Source: Mycolicibacter algericus DSM 45454
Lineage (GTDB): Bacteria > Actinomycetota > Actinomycetes > Mycobacteriales > Mycobacteriaceae
Assembly: GCF_002086455.1 (NCBI RefSeq)
Contig: NZ_MVHC01000005.1
Location: 1-32,000 of the forward strand
DNA length: 32,000 nucleotides
Direction of reading: 5' to 3'
Part shown: piece after piece, positions 14,126 through 22,206 of the stretch
Layout: each line of letters opens with the position of its first letter
How positions within the stretch are numbered: position 1 is the stretch's first letter
Position numbers and translations under genes: made by a program
Notes under the pieces: model-generated
The model's database searches: none
Told to the model about the DNA's origin: nothing
Seen by the model: only the letters and a program-made list of their open reading frames with translations

Positions 14126-15769
14126 GTGCCCGTTTCACTGCCGGAAAACCCGAGGTTCGCCAACTCCTCCGAGCGCCACGTCTACCAGGCGCTGATCGAG
14201 CAACTCCAGGACGGTGACGTCGTGGTCGCGGGCCAGCGCGTCACCGACCACCTCAAAGACCACGAAATCGACTTCGTCGTCGCGATCGAGGGCGCCGGCG
14301 TCATCTGCATCGAGGTCAAAGGCGGCGAAGTCTGGCACGACGGGTCCGGGTGGCGTCAGATGCGCGGCGGCAAGAAGTGTCGGATCGAACCCGTGCGCCA
14401 GGCCCGCGAGGCCTGTTATGCGCTGCGGGACTACATCGAAAACGACAGGCGCTGGACGCAGGACCGGCTGCGTTGGGATCACGTCGTGGCGTTGCCGCAC
14501 ACCGAGCTGCCGGCCGACTTCGAACTCCCGGACTGCCCGCGCTGGAAGGTGATCGACCGCAACGACCTGCCGCAACTGGTGTCTCGGCTGCGCCACGTGC
14601 TGATCCGCCAGGAGCTGGACCGGCCGCTGCTGACCGCCGAAGGCATCGAGCAGTTCCGCACCGCGCTCGGCGGGCGTGGGTTGCCGCAGCGTGATGTCGT
14701 CGCCCGAGCGTTGGCCAACGACAGTGCCGCTGACGCTCTCACCGAACAGCAGGCCGTGATCCTGGAGGCTATCCGGCTGCTCAACCGGGTACAGGTGCGC
14801 GGCAGTGCCGGCAGCGGGAAGACCTACCTGGCCGTGGAACAGGCGCGCCGGCTGTCGGCTGATGGGAAACGTGTTGCACTGCTGTGCTATTCGCACGGCT
14901 TGGCGTCCTACCTCAAGCGGCTCACCGGGACCTGGCAGCGCCGCCAGCAGCCGGCCTACGTCGGCGAATTCCATTCCCTGGGTGTGGAATGGGGCGCCCC
15001 CGGCGGCCCGACGCACCCGGAGGAGTCGGTGCGCTTCTGGGAGGAGCAGCTGCCGCAGCAGATGCTCGAGTTGGCGCAAAACATCGACGACGGGCAACGG
15101 TTCGACGCGGTGGTGGTCGACGAGGCCCAGGACTTCGCCGACGCCTGGTGGGATCCGGTGCTGGCGTCACTGCGTGACGACGAAGAGGGCGGGCTGTTCG
15201 TGTTCAGCGATGAGGGCCAGCGAGTCTTCGACCGGCAGGGCACCCCGCCGGTGCCGCTGGTCCCACTCGTGCTGGACCGCAACCTGCGCAACACCCGCCA
15301 GATCGCCACCACGTTCCAGCCGCTGGTGGATCACCCGATCCGCTACCTGGGCGCCGACGGGCCCGAGGTCCACTTCGTGCCGTGCAGCCGGGCTGACGCG
15401 GCGGACAACGGCGACGATCAGGTCGAGAAGCTGCTCGATGACGGCTGGCGTCCCGAAGACGTGGCCTTGCTGACCACCGGCAGCCGCCACCCCGAGCAGG
15501 TGGCCCGCCAGGAACGGGGCAATCAGGCCTACTGGGACAGCTTTTGGGATGCCGATCAGGTCTTCTATGGACATGTGCTGGGGTTCAAGGGATTAGAGCG
15601 GCGCGCCGTCGTGCTGGTGGTCGACGCCGCCGGGCCGGTCGAGCGGGCCAGAGAACGGCTTTACGTCGGAATGTCGCGGGCCCGGGACCAACTCGTGGTC
15701 TGCGGGGACCCGGATTTCATCGCCCAGGTGGGCGGGTCGGACTTGGCGCGCAAGCTGGGGATCGAGTAG
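14126..15769 (+). CDS. NERD-domain nuclease fused to a P-loop SF1 (UvrD/PcrA-like) helicase/ATPase (547 aa)
   Basis: The N-terminus SERHVYQAL..DHEIDFVVAIEGAGVICIEVKGG is the NERD (D/E..ExK restriction-fold) pattern. Walker A GSAGSGKT lies at 14801-14824 and Walker B VVVDEAQDF at about 15113-15139. The C-terminal YVGMSRARDQLVV is the SF1 motif VI-like block. The start is GTG. Confidence 0.85.
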   Translation: MPVSLPENPRFANSSERHVYQALIEQLQDGDVVVAGQRVTDHLKDHEIDFVVAIEGAGVICIEVKGGEVWHDGSGWRQMRGGKKCRIEPVRQAREACYALRDYIENDRRWTQDRLRWDHVVALPHTELPADFELPDCPRWKVIDRNDLPQLVSRLRHVLIRQELDRPLLTAEGIEQFRTALGGRGLPQRDVVARALANDSAADALTEQQAVILEAIRLLNRVQVRGSAGSGKTYLAVEQARRLSADGKRVALLCYSHGLASYLKRLTGTWQRRQQPAYVGEFHSLGVEWGAPGGPTHPEESVRFWEEQLPQQMLELAQNIDDGQRFDAVVVDEAQDFADAWWDPVLASLRDDEEGGLFVFSDEGQRVFDRQGTPPVPLVPLVLDRNLRNTRQIATTFQPLVDHPIRYLGADGPEVHFVPCSRADAADNGDDQVEKLLDDGWRPEDVALLTTGSRHPEQVARQERGNQAYWDSFWDADQVFYGHVLGFKGLERRAVVLVVDAAGPVERARERLYVGMSRARDQLVVCGDPDFIAQVGGSDLARKLGIE

Positions 15770-15772
15770 CGG

Positions 15773-16903
15773 TCACTCCCACGAGGGCGGGAAGGCGATG
15801 TCGAGCCGCGTCGTCTGCTTGTAGCCCGACCAGGTCGGCACCCCGGCCGGTTGCATCCGATAAACCCCGACGGCGGCGGCCACCACGCGGTCGCGTTGCG
15901 TCGGCCACCCGATTTCGGCGGCGATCTGCTCTAGTACGCCTTGATCCCGGTCAAGCACCTGGTCGATGATCGGCACCGCCGGCAAAGCGTTGCTCTTGTC
16001 GCCATTGCAGCGAGTGCAGGCCAGCACCAGGTTGGCCAGGCCGTCGATGCCGACCAGCGACCACGGCAGCACATGATCGATCGGATTGCCGGCCGGCAGA
16101 TGCGTCGAACAGTAGAAGCAATGCGGCCCGAATGCGTCCTTTAACGGCTCGCGGACCTTCTCCAGCGCGGTTCGCTCCCGGCCGAACAAGTGGCCGGCGA
16201 CGTCTGGAACGTCGGCATGCAGAAACTTGTTCATCCGGCGAACATCGTCGACCCACATGATCTCCAGGGCAGGCTTCAGCAGTCCGGCTAATCGGGCGAG
16301 GCCATGGGCTACGCCAGGTTTCAGTTCGATCGAGTAGCCGCGGACCCGTTTGGCGGAGCTGCTCGGCTTCTGCAGGAATGCATCGTCGTAAAGAAAGGGA
16401 TCGCTTTCAGCTGCACCGCCAAAGCGCTGGAGGCGACGAAGTGGTTCGCCGGCCAGACACACGCTGACCTCGTCTAGCGCTGTTTCGTAGGCATGAGGGA
16501 CCCGGCTGACCGCGACATCGAGCGGCACCCTGCTGTTGGCGACGTGTGCCGCAGCGCGCAACCGTCGCGCGGCGTTGGGGATCACCCCCTTCGGCCCGCC
16601 TGTCATCTGCGACAGAACTTGGCCCTCGAACGGACGCACTTGCAACCAATAGATTTCCAGCACCCGGTGGGCCAACGCCGGAATCGAGACCTCGAGAACG
16701 TCATCGGGACTCGCCGGAACGTTTTCGATGCAGTGGTCGATCAAGGCCATCAACGTGGCGAGCTTGTAGGTCGCCGTGCGCAGGCCGGTCTCCAGGATGG
16801 CCACCACCCGCTGCCCGAGCAACAGGGGATCACCGTCGGTGTGGCGCACCTTTGAATTATGGCTGGACGGGAGCGGATGTGAGTTGTCCACAGGCGAACT
16901 CAA
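15773..16903 (-). CDS. HNH (beta-beta-alpha-Me) endonuclease with a large unassigned N-terminal region (376 aa; TTG start uncertain)
   Basis: CFYC..NPIDHVLPWS..GLANLVLACTRCNGDKSN lies at 15989-16120 and is a canonical CxxC/DH/N/CxxC HNH core. The first ~250 aa (..TATYKLATLMALIDHCIEN..) carry no motif I can name. The stop codon is 3 nt from the convergent helicase stop. Confidence 0.85.
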   Translation of the reverse strand: MSSPVDNSHPLPSSHNSKVRHTDGDPLLLGQRVVAILETGLRTATYKLATLMALIDHCIENVPASPDDVLEVSIPALAHRVLEIYWLQVRPFEGQVLSQMTGGPKGVIPNAARRLRAAAHVANSRVPLDVAVSRVPHAYETALDEVSVCLAGEPLRRLQRFGGAAESDPFLYDDAFLQKPSSSAKRVRGYSIELKPGVAHGLARLAGLLKPALEIMWVDDVRRMNKFLHADVPDVAGHLFGRERTALEKVREPLKDAFGPHCFYCSTHLPAGNPIDHVLPWSLVGIDGLANLVLACTRCNGDKSNALPAVPIIDQVLDRDQGVLEQIAAEIGWPTQRDRVVAAAVGVYRMQPAGVPTWSGYKQTTRLDIAFPPSWE

Positions 16904-17112
16904 AGATGACTACCCGTGCCCGAACGCGCGCGCCAGGTTTGTCGCCAACCGAATGGAGGCAGGGGTATGGGAAACCGAGCGAACTTCGTCGTCGTCGAAA
17001 ACGCCGACTGGCGACCGCCAGATGCCACGCATCCATTGCACGTAGTGCGTGCGCGCGAACGAGCGCCGGGTCGCCGAACTGCTCGGCTTCGTCGCGATCT
17101 GAGCGGAATCAT

Positions 17113-17505
17113 TCAGAGCTGAATGACGGTGACTCCAGGCATCCCCGAGTAATCATTGTCCTGGGTCACCACCGGAATGTCGTGTGTCAGAGCGGTTGCC
17201 GCAATCCAACTGTCGTTGATCGGTACCCGTCGGCCGGTGGCGCGTAGCTGGGACACCAATAACGCCCACGCTTCCGAGACTCGCTCGTCGACGCTTAACG
17301 GCTCGAAGCGTTGTGCGATTTGGTAGGTGGATAGCCGCCGCGATGCGGCTTCGGGAGTGGAAGCTCGCAACACTCCGAGCCGGAGTTCCCCGAGCGTGAT
17401 GGTCGAGACGCCCCATTCGAACGGTGCGAACTTGTCTGCGTCGATGCGTTGCGTTTCGATCCCGATAAACACCGACGTGTCCGCCAATGCCCGTTGAAGA
17501 CTCAT
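17113..17505 (-). CDS. vapC: VapC PIN-domain toxin, VapC5-like (130 aa)
   Basis: LADTSVFIGIE.., TLGELRLGVL and GRRVPINDSWIAATALTHDIPVVTQDNDY match the PIN pattern and my memory of M. tuberculosis VapC5. Confidence 0.9.
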   Translation of the reverse strand: MSLQRALADTSVFIGIETQRIDADKFAPFEWGVSTITLGELRLGVLRASTPEAASRRLSTYQIAQRFEPLSVDERVSEAWALLVSQLRATGRRVPINDSWIAATALTHDIPVVTQDNDYSGMPGVTVIQL

Positions 17506-17511
17506 GACTGC

Positions 17512-17769
17512 TCAGTCGGCCAGGTCGTCGGTGGTCTGCGTCAGGGTTTCGCGCAGCTCTTGACGCAAACCGGTGCTATCCGGGCCCAGTCGCACCAGTT
17601 CGCCAATCACTTCGGCGGCCGGCCGCCACTGGCGTCGCCGTGAAACCGGGCTGATGAGCGCCACCGGACGGTTGTCCTTGAGAACCTCGATCTCTTCACC
17701 GGCAGCCACCCGCCGCAGGATCTCCGCGGTGTGATTGCGGAGGTCGCGAGCAGGGATCGTAGCAGCCAT
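17512..17769 (-). CDS. vapB: Phd/YefM-type antitoxin, VapB5-like (85 aa)
   Basis: MAATIPARDLRNHTAEILRRVAAGEEIEVLKDNRPVALISPV is a Phd/YefM N-terminal fold signature. ATG 17769 was chosen over the longer ORF (17841). It lies 6 nt upstream of vapC. Confidence 0.85.
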   Translation of the reverse strand: MAATIPARDLRNHTAEILRRVAAGEEIEVLKDNRPVALISPVSRRRQWRPAAEVIGELVRLGPDSTGLRQELRETLTQTTDDLAD

Positions 17770-17855
17770 GCTACGAGTGTAGCTGCCCAGGCTCACCCCG
17801 TCCTCGGAACATGCGTCCAGCACGAATGCGACCGCCGACAACTATCGTCGAGACG

Positions 17856-18335
17856 ATGACCGTCGAACAGCGACTGGAAGCCCTCGAACAGATCGAGGCG
17901 ATCAAGGCCCTCAAACACCGCTACTTCCGCGCCTGCGACGCCAAGGATCCCGACACCTTCCGCGCCTGCTTCATCGCCGAGGGTGCCGACCTCGACTACG
18001 GCCCGCTGGGCGGTTTCACCGACGCCGATCAGATGGCCGAGGTATTCCGCCGCATCGCGCTGCACACCGTCGACGGCAAACACGTCATCTTCGACATGCA
18101 CCACGGGATGCACCCGGATATCACCATCACCGGGCCCGGCCGGGCAACCGGACGCTGGACGCTGAAGTTCCGCCAGCTCAACCTGATCGAGCGCACCGAG
18201 CGGCTGCTCACCGGCGAGTACGACGACGCCTACGTCATCGAGAACGGGAACTGGAAGATGTCACGCAGCCACTTCCGCCAGCTGTGGTCGCTGGTGCGCC
18301 CCCTCGGTGACGCCGTGGTGGAGGCCGCCAGATGA
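17856..18335 (+). CDS. NTF2-like / SnoaL-like superfamily protein (159 aa)
   Basis: The start MTVEQRLEALEQIEAIKALKHRYFRACDAKDPDTFRACF is typical of SnoaL_4/NTF2-like proteins. An ATGA overlap links it to the downstream SDR gene. Confidence 0.75.
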   Translation: MTVEQRLEALEQIEAIKALKHRYFRACDAKDPDTFRACFIAEGADLDYGPLGGFTDADQMAEVFRRIALHTVDGKHVIFDMHHGMHPDITITGPGRATGRWTLKFRQLNLIERTERLLTGEYDDAYVIENGNWKMSRSHFRQLWSLVRPLGDAVVEAAR

Positions 18336-19159
18336 GCGACGCAGGCATCGCCCTGGTCACCGGCGCAAGCCGCAGCGTCGGCAAGGGCGTCGCGCTGGCC
18401 CTGGGCTCGCGGGGCTGGACGGTCTATGTCACCGCCCGCAGGGAGGGCCCGCTGGCGGAGACCGCCGCCGGTGTCACCGAGCGCGGCGGGCACGGCATCG
18501 CGGTGCAGTGCGACCACCGCGACGACGCCCAGATCGCCGCGCTGTTCGACCGCATCGCCGACGAGCAGCACGGCCGACTGGACCTTTTGGTCAACAACGT
18601 ATGGGCGGCACCCAAGGGATTCGCCGGGTTCACCGAGAAGTTCTGGCAGCGCCCGCTTTCGGACTGGGACACCCTGATCGGGGTCGGGCTGCGCGCCCAC
18701 TACGTCGCCTCGGTGCACGCCGCACAGCTCATGGTGGCGCGCGGATCGGGCCTGATCGTCAACATCTCCTCGTTCGGCACCCGCGGGCACCTGCACTCGG
18801 TGCTCTACGGCATGTCCAAAGCCGGACTGGACAAGATGGCCGCCGATATGGCGGTGGAGCTCAACGAAACCGGGGTGAGCGCGGTGTCGCTGTGGCCGGG
18901 CCTGGTGAAAAACGAAGTCATGCAAGGCCTCATCGACCGCGGCCTGGACAACTTCCAGGGCTTCGGCCTGGCCAACGCCGAAACGCCGGAGTTCATCGGC
19001 CGAGTGGTCGCCGCCTTGGCGAGTGATCCCGACATCGCCGTCCGCAGCGGCCACACCCTGATCAGCGCCGAGACCGCACTGGACTACGGCATCACCGACG
19101 TCGACGGCAACCAGCCCGACTCGCACCGGGAACTGTTCGGCGGCGGGCCGCTGTACTGA
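18332..19159 (+). CDS. Short-chain dehydrogenase/reductase (SDR) family oxidoreductase (275 aa)
   Basis: VTGASRSVGKGVALAL is the TGxxxxxG cofactor motif. NNV and YGMSKAG (YxxxK) are also present. Confidence 0.9.
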   Translation: MSDAGIALVTGASRSVGKGVALALGSRGWTVYVTARREGPLAETAAGVTERGGHGIAVQCDHRDDAQIAALFDRIADEQHGRLDLLVNNVWAAPKGFAGFTEKFWQRPLSDWDTLIGVGLRAHYVASVHAAQLMVARGSGLIVNISSFGTRGHLHSVLYGMSKAGLDKMAADMAVELNETGVSAVSLWPGLVKNEVMQGLIDRGLDNFQGFGLANAETPEFIGRVVAALASDPDIAVRSGHTLISAETALDYGITDVDGNQPDSHRELFGGGPLY

Positions 19160-19220
19160 CCGGCGTCAACCGTGCCCGATTATTGATCTGCCTGCCACCG
19201 CCCATACACTTTCTGCCGCC

Positions 19221-20819
19221 ATGACCGACAACGCCGTGCACTCCGAAGCCAGCCGCCGCAGAACCTTCGCCGTCATCAGCCACCCCGACGCCGGCAAATC
19301 CACCCTGACCGAGGCGCTGGTGCTGCACGCCAAGGCCATCACCGAAGCCGGCGCGGTACACGGCAAATCCGGCCGCCGCGCCACCGTGTCGGACTGGATG
19401 GAGATGGAGAAGGCCCGCGGCATCTCCATCACGTCGACCGCCCTGCAGTTCGGGTACCGCACCGCACGGGGACAGGATTGCGTCATCAACCTGCTCGACA
19501 CCCCCGGCCACGCCGACTTCTCCGAAGACACCTACCGGGTGCTGACCGCCGTCGACTCCGCGGTCATGCTCATCGACGCCGCGAAAGGCCTTGAGCCACA
19601 AACTCTCAAACTGTTCCAGGTGTGCCGTCACCGCCGGATCCCGATCATCACCGTGATCAACAAGTGGGACCGCCCCGGCCGGCACGCCCTGGAACTGATG
19701 GACGAGATCGCGACCCGGATCGGGCTGCGCCCCACCCCGTTGACCTGGCCGGTCGGCATCGCCGGAGACTTCCAGGGGGTGCTCGACCGCCGGTCCGGGA
19801 ACTTCATTCGGTTCACCCGGACCGCCGGCGGCGCCACCGCGGCACCCGAGGAACACATCGCCGCCGAGGACGCGCATGGCGCGGCCGGTGTCGACTGGGA
19901 CACCGCGGTCGAGGAATGCGAGCTGCTGAGCGCCGATGGTTCCGACTTCGACCGCGAGGCGTTCCTGGACTGCACGGCATCACCGGTGCTGTTCACCTCG
20001 GCGGCGCTGAACTTCGGGGTGAATCAGCTGCTCGACGTGCTCACCGAGCTGGCGCCGCCGCCCGGCGGAGCGCTCGATGTGGACGGCAACCGGCGGGCCA
20101 CCGACGCGCCGTTCAGCGCCTTCGTCTTCAAGGTGCAGGCCGGCATGGACTCCGCACACCGCGATCGCATCGCCTTCGCGCGGGTGTACTCGGGAACCTT
20201 CGAACGCGGCGACGTCCTCACCCACGCCGTGACCGGCAAACCGTTTGTGACCAAGTACGCCCAGTCGGTGTTCGGCCAGCAGCGTGCCACCCTGGACACC
20301 GCCTGGCCCGGCGACGTGATCGGGCTGGCCAACGCCGCGGCCCTGCGCCCGGGCGACACGCTGTATTGCGATGTGCCCGTACAGTACCCGCCGATACCGA
20401 GCTTCTCACCCGAGCATTTCGCGGTGGCCCGCAACGCCGACCCCAGCAAGCACAAGCAGTTCCGTCGCGGCATCGAGCAGCTGGACCAGGAGGGCGTCGT
20501 TCAGGTGCTGCGCTCCGATCGCCGGGGCGACCAGGCGCCGGTGCTCGCCGCGGTCGGCCCGATGCAGTTCGAGGTGGCGGCACACCGGATGGCCACCGAG
20601 ATCGGTGCGCCGATCACGCTGGAGTCGCTGGCCTACCAGGTCGCGCGGATCGTAGACCCCGGCGACGTCGACTTCGTCGACAGGCAGTCGCTGACGGAGG
20701 TCATGACCCGCACCGACGGGGTGCACCTGGCGTTGTTCTCCAATAGCTGGCGACTGCAAGGATTCCAACGCGACAACCCCGATATACAGCTGCGGTCCTT
20801 GGTGGCGGCCGAAGGGTAG
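19221..20819 (+). CDS. prfC: Peptide chain release factor 3 (translational GTPase)
   Basis: RRRTFAVISHPDAGKSTLTE (G1), DWMEMEKARGISITS, LLDTPGHADF (G3) and INKWD (G4). The length of 532 aa is typical of RF3. Confidence 0.92.
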   Translation: MTDNAVHSEASRRRTFAVISHPDAGKSTLTEALVLHAKAITEAGAVHGKSGRRATVSDWMEMEKARGISITSTALQFGYRTARGQDCVINLLDTPGHADFSEDTYRVLTAVDSAVMLIDAAKGLEPQTLKLFQVCRHRRIPIITVINKWDRPGRHALELMDEIATRIGLRPTPLTWPVGIAGDFQGVLDRRSGNFIRFTRTAGGATAAPEEHIAAEDAHGAAGVDWDTAVEECELLSADGSDFDREAFLDCTASPVLFTSAALNFGVNQLLDVLTELAPPPGGALDVDGNRRATDAPFSAFVFKVQAGMDSAHRDRIAFARVYSGTFERGDVLTHAVTGKPFVTKYAQSVFGQQRATLDTAWPGDVIGLANAAALRPGDTLYCDVPVQYPPIPSFSPEHFAVARNADPSKHKQFRRGIEQLDQEGVVQVLRSDRRGDQAPVLAAVGPMQFEVAAHRMATEIGAPITLESLAYQVARIVDPGDVDFVDRQSLTEVMTRTDGVHLALFSNSWRLQGFQRDNPDIQLRSLVAAEG

Positions 20820-20833
20820 CGCGTCGGGCTGGA

Positions 20834-21709
20834 TCAGTTGCGCAGCCGCACCATCCGCGTCGTCGAACTCTCATCGAGCTCGACCAGGTCGGAGTAGGAC
20901 CGCAGGAAGTCGCTGAAAGACTTGTAGCCCAACTCCTTCTCGCTGAACGACGGATCCATCCGCTTCATCTGCGCCTTGACCGCCGAGTTGTGCAACCACT
21001 CGACGTCGTCCTTCTCCAGGCCGATCTGCAGGGCGCGGGTGAGCAGCGCGGTGGCGGTGTCCACCGGATCCGGCGCCGGCGGTTCTTCGGGCTGCTGCTT
21101 GGGCGCGCGGGTGCGCCGCTTCGGTTCGGCGTCGGCGTCGGCCGGTGCGGGCTCGAACACCGGTACCCCGGGCAGCGCGTCGTAGCTGACGAAGTCGTCG
21201 CAGGCGGCGGCCAGCGCCCGGCTGGTCGACCCGGCCACCCCGATACCGACCACATAGCGGCCCAACCGTTTACAGCGCTGCGCCAGCGGGATGTAGTCGG
21301 AGTCGCCGGCCACGATCACCACATGGGTCAGATCCGGCAGCCGGAACATGTCCTCGACCGCATCGACGGCCAACCGGATGTCCGCACCGTTCTTGCCGTA
21401 GGCCGCCGCCGGGAACAACTGCACCAGATCGACCGCGCGGGCCACCAATTGTTGGCGGTAGCCGGTGTTGACCTCGGCCGACCAGTCGGCGTAGGCGCGG
21501 GTGAGCACCAGCGTGCCGAACGACGACGCGAAGTCGATGATCGCCCCGACGTCGACGGTGGCCCGCGCCAGCCGATCCGGGTGTTTGGCCAGGCCCTTGG
21601 CCTTGTCCTTCTGGAACGAGCTGCGTCCATTGACCTGGTCATAGCGGGAGATCACGATGTTGTCGAAGTCGAGGTAGACCGCGACCCTGGTATCGCCGGA
21701 TTCCGTCAT
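20834..21709 (-). CDS. NYN (LabA/DUF88-like) nuclease-fold domain protein with a C-terminal OST-HTH/LOTUS domain (291 aa)
   Basis: VAVYLDFDNI.., GADIRLAVDAVE and VVIVAGDSDYIPLAQRCKRLGRYVVGIG form the NYN pattern. A Pro/Ala/charged linker follows. The C-terminal ..WLHNSAVKAQMKRMDPSFSEKELGYKSFSDFLRSY.. matches OST-HTH. I prefer ATG 21709 to the 21871 extension. Confidence 0.8.
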   Translation of the reverse strand: MTESGDTRVAVYLDFDNIVISRYDQVNGRSSFQKDKAKGLAKHPDRLARATVDVGAIIDFASSFGTLVLTRAYADWSAEVNTGYRQQLVARAVDLVQLFPAAAYGKNGADIRLAVDAVEDMFRLPDLTHVVIVAGDSDYIPLAQRCKRLGRYVVGIGVAGSTSRALAAACDDFVSYDALPGVPVFEPAPADADAEPKRRTRAPKQQPEEPPAPDPVDTATALLTRALQIGLEKDDVEWLHNSAVKAQMKRMDPSFSEKELGYKSFSDFLRSYSDLVELDESSTTRMVRLRN

Positions 21710-21763
21710 GGTGACAGTGTGGCACCACCGGCCCCATCCGTAGCGGCTTGGCGGGGATGAGGG

Positions 21764-21838
21764 AGTTGCCCGGCTCTCAGCGACAACTTCTGACGCGGGG
21801 TGGGCCCGATGGGACGTGTCGCTGAGAGGCGGGCAACT
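21764..21838. repeat. 22-bp imperfect inverted repeat (1 mismatch) with a 31-nt spacer
   Basis: The left arm is AGTTGCCCGGCTCTCAGCGACA (21764-21785) and the right arm is TGTCGCTGAGAGGCGGGCAACT (21817-21838). The right arm overlaps the stop codon of the minus-strand TM gene. The element lies 55 nt upstream of the NYN gene start. Confidence 0.7.
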
Positions 21839-22172
21839 ATCCGCATGGTCCCGGGCCGCCGGCACCGTCAACCCGGTACCACCGCGGAATCAATTCCGGG
21901 TCCGGCAGCGGGTACCGGCCGTAGAACCCCTGCGGGTCACCGCGCAGCACCTGGGCGTTCTGGATCTCGGCGCGGTGCCGGATCGCCTGCAGCCGGGCCA
22001 GTTCGGCGGCGCGGTGCTCGGCGTAGCTGCGCAGCAGCCAGCGTGCGACGATGACCGCCAGGGTGATCACGACTCCGGCCAGGATGACCCAGCGCAACCA
22101 CCACAGCAGCGCGAGAACCAGGATGACGGCGAACACCGATCGGCCGCTCTGCGATCCGCTGCTCGTGCTCAT
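21837..22172 (-). CDS. Small single-pass membrane protein (111 aa)
   Basis: It starts at ATG 22172 (MSTSSGSQSGRSVFAVILVLALLWWLRWVILAGVVITLAVIVA), then carries AIRHRAEIQNAQVLRGDPQGFYG. It lies 34 nt downstream of recD on the same strand. Confidence 0.6.
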   Translation of the reverse strand: MSTSSGSQSGRSVFAVILVLALLWWLRWVILAGVVITLAVIVARWLLRSYAEHRAAELARLQAIRHRAEIQNAQVLRGDPQGFYGRYPLPDPELIPRWYRVDGAGGPGPCG

Positions 22173-22206
22173 GGTCCTCACGGTAGAGCGGGGGACCGAC
22201 AGCCCG

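Noticed and set aside
12498-15097. Minus-strand ORFs 12498..13739 (413 aa) and 14135..15097 (320 aa) opposite the P450 and the NERD-helicase
   Set aside because: They carry no motifs, have skewed composition, and overlap clearly assigned plus-strand genes completely.
16916-17122. 68-aa ORF as an intact gene
   Set aside because: Codon statistics collapse halfway through. I treat it as gene debris (see findings) and not as a functional CDS.
17770-17783. GCTAC-gagt-GTAGC inverted repeat abutting the Phd/YefM antitoxin start, as a TA operator
   Set aside because: The arms are only 5 bp with a non-palindromic centre, which is within chance expectation. It is noted but not claimed.
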